64,000 nucleotides of DNA from Chlorokybus atmophyticus (lineage: Eukaryota > Plantae > Mesostigma and Chlorokybus algae), in contig RHPI01002823.1 in NCBI GenBank assembly GCA_009103225.1, positions 443,104-507,103 on the forward strand, written 5' to 3'. Position numbers and translations under genes: made by a program. Shown here one piece after another: positions 36,608 through 46,406 of the stretch (positions within the stretch are counted from its first letter, which is position 1; each line of letters begins with the position of its first letter). The notes beneath the pieces are model-generated. The model saw only the letters and a list, made by a program, of their open reading frames with translations, was not told where the DNA came from and ran no database searches.

Positions 36608-37210
36608 TCAACAAGCCACTACGATAGGTAGTGCTGTTTACACAGTTCTTTGCGTGAGTGGAAGAGAAATTACACTGTTAAGTGAGGTGAATGAGCAAGC
36701 AACACGTGGATGCTATGCCCTGACTGATGCCAACAAGCACACCGCGACCAAGTACACAAAGCTCACAGCAAGGACAAGCACAGTGCACAAGAACATGCAC
36801 AGGCTCTCACACGGTGAGGGGATTCTTGGGAACCAGGACGGTGTGTTTCGTAGTTCAAGTCGCTTCACAAGCTCTTAGCATTCTCACTTACAGTGTCACC
36901 AGCTGATCCGGTGAACACTGTGCCTACTTATACAAGTCAACTCATAATTGTCCAGAACGTAAGCTAACGGTCATACCGAGGCTATTTCCACAGGAAATTA
37001 CCACTCGATATAGAACCCGACTTATAACTGAACTCACAACTGAACAGCTACGCGCGGTGCCTATGTAGGCTATGGTCATGAGCTACTCTAGAGACATGAC
37101 CTAGCTACTGGTCAGAGGCGCGCGCGAGTTGCCATGCTGGTAAGCCGGGCGAAGGTCTCGCTGTAGGCATGCCCGATGATGACTGGCATGCTTGGGCGAT
37201 AGGCATGACA
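36608..37210 (-). repeat. Repeat A1 of copy A (5' terminal repeat)
   Basis: Starts TGTCATGCC on the sense strand and ends with the 12-nt GTGGCTTGTTGA shared with the start of B. Copy of A2. Confidence 0.95.
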
Positions 37211-39029
37211 ATGCACATAGCATATCGTCATCTGTGAGCTGCACTTATGGCACGCTATAGTACATGGTTCAGACATGCATACATGTGCAGCTGCGCGCAT
37301 CCATGCATACACGCGCGCTTGCGCATTACCATGATACACACCAGCACCTGCATCTCTCGACATGCACTACCACAGGACTATAGCTACTCAGCAGCTGTAC
37401 TACCAGCATCACTCACTGCTGCAATGCTAGGCGTGGCTGCTCTTGCACGGGGACATAGTATGCTTCCTGTGGAGCGGGTGCAGCCTGCTGATGGTAATAG
37501 CCACCTCCGCGACCGTAACCGCCACGACCACCACGGCCGTAGCCACCACGACCGCGGCCACGCTGGAATTGGGTATTGCCCGCTTCTGCGACTGAGCGCC
37601 TGCACGCGCACAATGTGTCATGTGCAACATAGATCACGTGAGGCTTATAAGCATGCCATGCTGCAGTGCTGCATACACATTGTGTGCAGCCTGCAGAGGC
37701 ATCGATGCGCACTCTGCCCTTTCATGTTCAACAAGATGAGAATTGCCAACAATGAGCACTGCATGCGTAACTTGTAGCTCAACCAACAAAGGGCTGAATG
37801 CATATTGTGTGCAGCCTTGCGTAACTTGTAGCTTAAACAACCAAGGGCCACATGCACATTGTGTGCAGCCTTGCGAGTCGACGCTATATGCGATGCATGC
37901 GCACATTGTGCGGCTTTATGACTAACCAAGGGCTGCATGCACATTGTGTGCAGCCATAAGAACAGGTGATGCGCACATTGTGTGACTTAATGATTGCACA
38001 TTGTGCACTTTCAGCGTATTGTGTGCATTGCACATGGTCTATAGTTGCTGCGCTTCGCAGTGCTTACTGTGCACTTACGACAGTGCCAATACTTGCAACG
38101 AATGTGGTGATTGACCAAGTTGACAACATCAGCTTGCAACCAACAAGTAGACTTACAGAGGAGCGGATGTCTTTGCCTTCTGCATAGCCGCTTTGCCTTA
38201 AAGGTGTCGGCGAGCTTGGTGAGACGGCGGATGATCTTGTCATCCTTGTCGCGATTAATGCGGGCATCATTGATGATACCACGCGCCCCCGACGCAAAGG
38301 CTGTCGCAAAGTCCAAGCTACCGTGCATGCGTGAGCAGCATGTGGTAGAGAAGTGCTACCATCTGCGACACTGGCGGACCTGTGAAAAGGGCGACCGATT
38401 GCCTCGAAGCAGGCTTGCACGCAAGGTGAGAGCTTGCGCGAGCGGTGCTCTTCCCACAATGCATATGTCTCCGAGTTTTTGGACAGGCGCTTGGTGAAGC
38501 CAGTCTTCTTAAAGCATGTTGAATGGGCAGAAGATTCGGAGCTGTCATCATCTGAGGATGAGCTCGATGACGATGACGGAGTCAATGGCGAAGAGGATGT
38601 GCGTTTCTTTTTGTGTGTAGAAGCCTTCTTCTTCTTCTTCTTCTTCTTCTTGTTCTTGTTCTTCTTGTGTTTGTGCTTCTTCTTCATCACCTCCTCTTCC
38701 CCCTCAGATGACAATGCCTCCCCTCTCCTGCGGCGACGGCGTGGCACCTTGGGCAACTTCACAATGAGCTCTGAGGGCTGTGCAGCGTCTTCCAGGGTCA
38801 CGCCCTGCGCCCGCGTCACAGCGTCACGCCCTGCGCCAGCTTTTGCACATGACTTCGGCAGCGGCACCAGCTGCGTAGCTATAGGGGCAGGCTGCGTAGG
38901 CCTAGCCTTCGGAGCACTCCTCTTGTCGGCCGCGCTGTTTTGCCCCTCATCGGCCGGACCTCCAGCGGCCTGCTCCGGTTGCGCGGCTCCAGCGGCCGCA
39001 GGCCGCTTCTTCATTGTCTTTGGCGGCAT
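37211..39029 (-). pseudogene. DIRS ORF1 (gag-like), 5' part, with Lys-rich, Ser-rich and RGG-rich segments
   Basis: ORF 38064-39029 (MPPKTMKKRP..., poly-K, poly-S), then frameshifted HGSLDFATAF... and RGRGRGGYGRGGRGGYGRGGG at ~37500-37590. It lies just downstream of R2 on the minus strand. Identity is inferred from position only. Confidence 0.45.
37674..38010. repeat. Array of about 7 copies of the quasi-palindromic motif GCACATTGTGTGCAGCC
   Basis: Full or partial copies near 37674, 37800, 37853, 37901, 37938, 37972 and 37996, irregularly spaced. Confidence 0.7.
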
Positions 39030-39054
39030 CGTTCCTTGCTCCCCAAAATTTCCT

Positions 39055-39209
39055 GCGAACTTTCGGCCATCGGCGACATCGCCAGTAGCGCCGCCGTCGA
39101 GTTGACACGTGTGCTACTTTAAACCCAACTATTATCATTAACTACTGATGTTAACTGTTTGTTATAAGCAACTCGCCGGCTAATAGTTGGCGCCGACAAG
39201 TATTGCCCA
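39055..39209 (+). repeat. Diverged direct repeat R2, bounding the DIRS-like element
   Basis: Partner of R1. Conserved 48-bp block at 39162-39209. Confidence 0.8.
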
Positions 39210-41669
39210 CAACCGTGGCATACCGTTCTTGTGTTCACGATTAATTGTGCACGGCCAACCGATGCTTTCAGCATAATATGCTTATGCTTATCCGGTTACA
39301 CCTACTAGCAAGCACGGTCAGCTAAACCAATGTGAACAGCGATACTTTAACCAATGTAGCAACGGAACCGTGGGTGCTAATGTACGCTACATTGACCAAA
39401 ACCTATAAGATGCATGCAATTGCAGCGTCACACGCCTACAACGATTAAATATACCGTTCGGCCTACATGTTTCAAGCGTTTGCGTATGCGCGGGCTGCGG
39501 CAAAAGTGCCGGCTTGCCATCTGTTGCAGCATTGTAGTTGTGTTGGTTGTGTCGGCGGCGATGGTATGCAGCGACGGCGATGGTAGTAATGCCAGGGTTT
39601 CGTCGTTGGGATTGCCAGAAGCGTCAGCCTGTTACTCACAATTCCTGCAATGCTCTGCAGGCCGGCGATCGCAATCGCTCCAGTGATGTACGCCTGCATC
39701 TCGTTGTGGCACCTGTGGCATTTGTGCTGCCACTTGTGCTGCAGTCGCGCAGGTTTGTAATCTGTAACAGCTGTTGTCTTGCTTGCGTTCTAACAACTAA
39801 AGCCTCTGCATGTAACTTGCGATGTTTTGGTTGTTGTACTCATCGTGTATGCTTGGAGGCCGAAATGCCATGACGTACGTCGACCACAAATGATGCGTTG
39901 CTGTCAGTGTTCGGTTGCTCCGCTTAGCCCTGGCCTAAAATCATGCCCAACAATGAACATGAGAGGTGAGCTCCAAGTTTCCGTCCTTGCCAAGCACATC
40001 AATTTCATGCGTTGCAAGCTACTATTGTCTTGCGCACGTGTTTTTCACATGTAGTTCGACGAGCAGCTTCCCTACTTGCCATGGCCAAGCTGTGACTACA
40101 TGCAGGCAACAGCGTAGTGTTCAACCTGGTCTATGCCTGTTACACGCCTGCTCCTTCACGCCCGCTCATGCCTGCCTAATGCTCCGTGCTTGCTCGCCCC
40201 CGCTTGCATGCCTGCTCCTTCACACCTTCTGCTTGCAGTCTAACTTCTGGGCAATGCCTGCAGGTATTACTGCTAGCTGTGCTCGTCGCTGCTGTTGCAT
40301 TTGCTGCGTTTGTGCTGGTGCCGTTGTTGTTGTTGCTGCTGTTGAGCTCATATGTTTGCTGTTGCTAGTAGGTTGAAGCCATCCACCTGCAGCCTACTAT
40401 ATTCAGCATTTAATTCAAGGAAAGTTATGTGGTCGTTTGCACTGCTGCTGCCACTATGCTAAAAACTGTCTTAGCATTAAGCTGATGTGTTGTAAGTACT
40501 GACAGCTGTAGGCTGTTAGGCCTGCGGGTTACATTTGCAAAGACAAGGTGAGAGGAATGTCGCTTATCGGTACGAGTATGTTGTGTGCTGATTGTGTTCA
40601 ATCTGGTTGAGTGTAACCCTCACCTTGCCATGGATCCACGATGTACTCTCTGCCAGAGAGCTATTAGTGATGCAGCTGCTGGCTATTCAAAAGCAAAGTT
40701 GCAAGCAAGCATAGTTGCATGTGGTCAGTCCAGCGCAGAGTTTTAGGTAACAAGGGCGCTCGTGCTCACTTACATAAGCATAATCCATCTTGCACACACA
40801 TGTGCATTCGACTGCACTCATGCTTGCGCATACACACGCATGCATGCGCACTTACACACAAGCTTCCTTCACGCCTGCAGGTGTGCAAAAATCTAGCTCA
40901 TGCGCATGCGCGTGGGATTGTATGTGTCGTGTGTAGTTGTATGTATAGGTATTGCATGTGTTGTGCTACATGTTCTCGCTTGCAGGTGTGCAGAATTCTA
41001 GCTCATGAGCAATGCGCGTGGGATTGTATGTGTAGTGTGTAGTTGTGTGTGTTGGTATTGTACGCGTTATGCTACAGGTGTTCAAGCTTTCTGCATGTGT
41101 GTGGCACAAATAAAGCTGTTCAGGCGTGTTGAGCTGGCGTTCAGGCATCTGGCGTAAAAAAACATGCAGTAGTGTAAGTAGATGGATTTGTTGAGAACTT
41201 GAAAGTAATAAGGATTGTTCTATCGTGTTATGTATGCATATTAAGTTATCATGTCTGATGTTCGCCCTTGCAACAATACAGAATAGCATTTGTTCAAGCA
41301 ATTTTACAGCACTAGCATAGGTCCCTGCAGTGGGTCAAAAATAAACTATCAAGCGCAAACTAGTCGGGCCCAGCATTGGGATGTACATAACCACCAAAGC
41401 AGCCCATTATTGGACCGTCCATGAACACTGCGAAAACAGGAATGGTCCTTTTCTTGGACCAGTATTAGACATCTTTGAATTGGCGGGCAGACCAATATTT
41501 TCGCCGTAAATCGCCGCGGCCCACAACGACAGTTCTAGGAGCGAGGACTAGTATCGGTCCCCGCCGATTTAGGCCAGTCTCAAGACTGGTCCGACCTTCG
41601 TGGACCTGCTAAAGAACATTGGTCCGGTACGTCGGGCCCAATATTGGTCCGTCGAAAAAATGCCTTGTA

Positions 41670-44600
41670 GAGGGCAGAGCGTTACGACAGGTAGTGGGGT
41701 TGCGAGAGGGCAGCGCAACGCGAGCACGGCTCGCCGCTGCTCGCCGCTAACCACCCCGCTATTCCCATGTTTGCATTTGACAACAAAGCATCGTGGTTGG
41801 GGGCATTCATATGTTCACTGCGGCAAGCATACAATAAAGCTGCCACCACTGCTCCAAACACTTTTGAGAGAGTGCAAAAGGCAATGCTGCGGCTGTCAGG
41901 AGTGGAAGCCGCACGACAATAAGAGCGCATTGCCATCGCTCATGAGCTACACGCGCAGCAGACCAACCTCCAACGCACCATATGGGCACGCGCCACGACG
42001 GTGCTCGATGTGGATGTGGTACAAGGAAGGTGGGATGCTTGCATGGCAGGGATCTTGCGGGTCCCCACCATTACCCACGACATGCGGCGACAGCTACTAC
42101 GCGCAGTGTATCTGCAGCCTATGCCCCAATACCACCAGTAGATCATCAACGTGGTTGCAGCGCCCACGGCCATGTGGAAGGGGACATTGGTCAGAGAGGC
42201 GTATCATGCTGACAATGAGCCTACGCGGCAGAGCAAGCAAAACGCGAGGCAGGCCCACAACACCATGCCCACCAGGCTTTCCACCACAGCCGTTGGGGAC
42301 ATCAGCAGGCATGATCCCCTCCTCGCAAAGCCGGCATCCACCACAGCCAGCACCAAAATCTCCAGCTAAAAGGCCTCCTCGCATCTACCAGCCACCACGA
42401 CAAGGCCGATTTGGCAGAGGGAGAGGCCAAGAAGGGGGTCCTCAAGATCCAGCAGGTAGAGGAGCTCTGGCTGCAATGCGCTTAGCACCCTCAGTTGCGA
42501 AATGTCAGGCACCGATGTCAGCAGCCCGCACAAAAAGGCTGCGCATCAATGTCAACACTATCTTGATTGCCAACGCAGGCAAACATATGACAATAAAAGG
42601 CCTGGCACCCAAGCAAGTGATATTGAACATCAGTGCATAGCCTGTCATCATCGAGCGCTTCCTCGCGCACCCTTGGCATCACCAGCTCGGACTTGTTGCC
42701 CTGCCCACATGTGCTTGACACTGCGACATGCAGCCGCAACAAGGTGATGGGGGTCAACAGGGAGGTCTTTTGCATTCAGTTGACGGGGCTAGACCACCCC
42801 CACACAGAAATCACGCAGTTGTGCGTGGTCACCAATGCCGGTTCCTTCGCCTTTCTGCTTGGGTCGGACTTCACTTCTTGGTGGGCATGGGCCTTTGCTG
42901 CTGGATAGAGCAGGCTTGGTTCCAACCACATTGAGATGAAGATGACAGGCAGGTACAAGGTTTCCCGGCTCACACGAGTTGGTGTCACAGGTGCCCAACG
43001 CAAAGTGCCTGCCGCAGCCACTCGCAACCATGGAGAGGCTGCCTCAGCCACATACGACAGCGCTCGCACTAGAGTCGCTACCGTTGTAGCTGTCCCTTGC
43101 CGCCGATGACTCCGCTCCCATTCCCTACCGTGAAGAGCAGGAGGATGCCACTGTGCAGGTGGCATTACAAGATCCGGCCGCACGCCGTTGGTGGGCACAG
43201 GTGGATGCACACCTTCTGCTGACATAGCCATTGATCAACTCGCGCTTCCACAAGTATAGAAGCAAAGGCCAATAGCAAAATCAACATATGGTGGCCACCG
43301 GGGTGGTGGAATTCCACATCTTCCGGCGTCAACAGGGCATTACAATGTTACAGTCAACAGGGCATTACAGTTCAGAGGCATTGGCAGTGGTCTTGCCGCT
43401 GTCCTCAACACAGGAGTCAAGGTAACCTAGTCCAACGATTGTGACTCCAACCCACACGTGCAAACAGCCCTCAAGCACCACTTGCTTCAGCTCCACGAGC
43501 GTTACCCACAGCAATTGCCGTTGTCGGCATTGCAAGGCAGCTCAAAGGTATTGTCACAAGACATCCGGCTGATCATCAAAGACCATCTGCTGTTCCTCGG
43601 CAACATAAACTTGTTAATAGCTGGCTGGGAGTGCCAAGGACACTTCAGAGCAGGACAACCCTGAGCGGGGGTCTTCAGGGCCTTAGCCTTCAAACTTCAG
43701 GGCTAAGGCCCTGAAGACCCCCGCTCAGGGTTGTCCTGCTCTGAAGTGTCCTTGGCACTCCCAGCCCTGAAGTGTGAAGGCTAAGGCCCTGAGGACCCCG
43801 GCTCAGGGTTGTCCTAAAAGTTGATGAGAGTTATCCATCTCCTTCAGCAGCACCATACCTTCAGGCCACTTGGGTATACCATTAAGTGTTCACTCGGAGG
43901 ACAATAAGCATCCTCATATGGCCTCCAGCTACTGGCAGGTGTGCTCCATTCTTCGCACCCACTCAAGATGAACGCAGCACAACATGGCTCGCGTGCACAT
44001 TGCGTACGCGTCACGTGGACAGGCTTGGCCACCACGGAGGGGCTGATGACAGCTGAATACACGCGCAGCACACGGCCACCTGGTCAACACATCCTTGACC
44101 CTGGCCGCAAGGCCCAATCTATCACGCGTCACAATTACAACCACTTCCCGCGCAACCAACCAGAACAACCACGCCGAGCACTTCCCACGTTGGTGTCTTA
44201 TGAGGGCTTTTATGCCTTTCGCAATTGAGGGGAGGGCACGGTGTTCGATAAGACAACGGACAAGCTGAAAGAATCCAACGCGCGCGAAGGCAAACGCATC
44301 AGGAGCTTCTTCTTACACAGCATCAGAGGTTGACCACTAATTGACAGCCAGCAGTGTCAGCTGCTCGGCCGCACTATGGACAAAACAGCATCGTGTAGCT
44401 GCTAGAGCTCAGCTTTGCAATGCTAGACGGCCATGTGTCCTTTGAGGATCTCAAACACCTGGCCTAGGGGGTGGGCTGATCGCATTGCCGACACCAAAGC
44501 AGCTCACACAGTCCTCGAGGTGGCGCACATGGCGCAGCAGGCAGCCGTGACAGTGGAAGACATTCCCGTGGTTGCCAACACAGCATCATGGGACCACGCC

Positions 44601-46406
44601 ATTGGTCCTCTTGCTATAGAGGACACACGAGAGAAGCTGAAGGCTCTCCTCAACAAGTGGAGGAGCCAACTCAGCTTTTATGTGAAGGAGTTAGGCACGT
44701 GCTCAGTGTATAAGATGGACATCGAGCTAGTGGACACCGAGCCGGTGTTCCGACGGCAATACATGTCCTTCAAATTAGAGAAAGACCTGGTGGAACACAA
44801 ATGCACGGCGCTGCTTAACGCAGGCCTCATTCAGAAGTTCACATCGGACTTTGCAACTGCGACCATTACGCCACTAAGGAAGGATTTAGCAGGCAATTAG
44901 CGAACAAACGGGCGCATATGCGGCGACTACGGCCCCCGAAACAATAAGACCAAACAAGACAAGTACCTAATGCCTACAACAGAGGGTATCTTTGATGATC
45001 ATCATGATGTAGGAGACTGCACAATCTTCGGCATCCTCAACATGCGTCAAGGGTACAACCAAATCGCCATCAGGGACGAGAACAAGCACAAGACTTCCTT
45101 CTGAGGCAACCGACAATTGTATCACTGGAAGGTGATGCCGTTCGGGTCAAAAAGTGCCCCCGTCAAATTCTAGCACGTTATGGGCAAAGCCTTCACGGGG
45201 GTGAATATTGCGCGGTTATGCATTGACAATATCCTCATCTTCAGCCGCAGTAACGAAAAAGCACCTTCAGCACATCGAGGCGTTGCTGGAGCACTCAAGG
45301 GAGGGGATGACTGTGCACCTCGACAAGTGCACCTTCTTACCCACAAGGTGCCATACTTAAGGCACATAATTGTGACATATGGTGTGTATGTAAAGCAGGC
45401 AAAGGTGGAGGCCTTGGCAGCTATCCCTGCCCCCACAGACCTCACGCATTTGCGCGCCAATAGTAGGGGCCTTGCCAAAATCTATTGGCGGTTCGTAATT
45501 ACGCTATGATCGCGCGGCCCTTTAACGAGCTACTGAAGAAGGAAATGGAGTTCGCATGGAAGGAGCCACAGCAACAGGCCTTTAAGGAGGTAAGGAGCAG
45601 GCTCACCACTGCTCCATCCTTCAACGCACTGACTACACCAAGCCTTTCATCCTTCACACCAATGAGAGCAAGCTCGGGATGGGAGCCGTGCTGGTACAAC
45701 ACGACAAGAAGCGGGTGGTGTCGTAAGCCAGCGGAAGCAACAACAGCGCCGAGGCCAACTACAGCAGCAACGGGGGCGAGTGCTTCGCTGCAGTGTAGGC
45801 TATCTCCTTCTTTTGGCCCTTCCTCTTCGGTCAACGGTTTCAGTTGATCATTGACCATCAGGCACTCAAATGGTTAATGACCAACCAACACTTAACAGGC
45901 AAACATGCCCAATGGGCATTGTTGCTACTGGACTACGATTTAAGATCGACCGCTGCGCTGGCCTTGCCAGCCAAGACGCTGGTGGGCTCAGCCCAAAACC
46001 CCACCTTAGCACAAACAACGCAACTGGAGCTTGACATAAGCTTGGTCCTGCAGCTGCAGCCCCTATGATGGCTGCCATGTTTGTCATCGCCGCGCTACGC
46101 TCGGGGCGCAAGACCAACACAGCTGCAACAGTCGCTGCTAAGGAGATGCCCGCTCTTGAGCCAACCAACGCTGCAGCAAACACATAGAACACTCGTGCTG
46201 TCGACACCGAGATCGATAACATAGAGCTGGCACCCACCGACATCAAGCAGAACATATGGCTGGACAAGCCATCCCTTTCCTTCCTTTAAAAGTGGCCAGC
46301 TCCCCGCCGGCATGAGTGCGCGCCAGAAGGTCCGCGCCAATCAACACACTCAGCATTTTCGGTGGGCAGATGTGGGCAGATGACAAACTTTACCGTCGTC
46401 TTCATG
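41670..46406 (+). pseudogene. Copy B: gag end, protease, C5-DNMT, RT and RNase H (degenerate)
   Basis: NINLLIAGWECQGH (~43600-43645), YAEPVFRRQY-like segment (44730-44760), CGDY, VMPFG, CIDNILIF and DHQALKWL, with many stops. Confidence 0.88.
43623..43766. repeat. Perfect 66-bp inverted repeat with a 12-nt spacer, in the DNMT region of copy B
   Basis: 43623-43688 is the exact reverse complement of 43701-43766. Confidence 0.92.

Larger units (their letters stand above)
25737..37210 (-). mobile_element. Copy A: 11.5-kb Ty3/Gypsy-type retroelement (gag-PR-DNMT-RT-RH-IN-PHD) with split direct repeats A1...B1-A2-B2
   Basis: Termini TGTC...GACA and a 4-bp target duplication ATGC (25733-36 and 37211-14). 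All domains are recognisable; several frameshifts and stops are present. Confidence 0.95.
21694..39209 (-). mobile_element. DIRS/PAT-like tyrosine-recombinase retrotransposon (about 6 kb after removing copy A), degenerate
   Basis: ORF1 and RT-RH-MT lie on the minus strand, and YR on the plus strand (convergent). Bounded by diverged direct repeats 21694-21892 and 39055-39209. Confidence 0.78.
21574..41669. mobile_element. CACTA/CACTG-like DNA element with degenerate ends, carrying the DIRS element and copy A
   Basis: Splits copy B gag at ...CACAGATCC-GAG|...|GAG-GGCAGAGC (3-bp duplication GAG at 21571-73 and 41670-72). The left end is CACTGGGCAATT. The right end reads (rc) TACAAGGCATTT, i.e. 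CACTACAAG without its first 3 nt. GGACC/GGTCC subterminal motifs are dense at 41320-41650 and also present at 21593. No transposase was recognised. Confidence 0.6.

Noticed and set aside
38434-39105. Plus-strand ORF with a poly-Phe TM-like stretch
   Set aside because: Antisense shadow of the poly-Lys tract in ORF 38064-39029.
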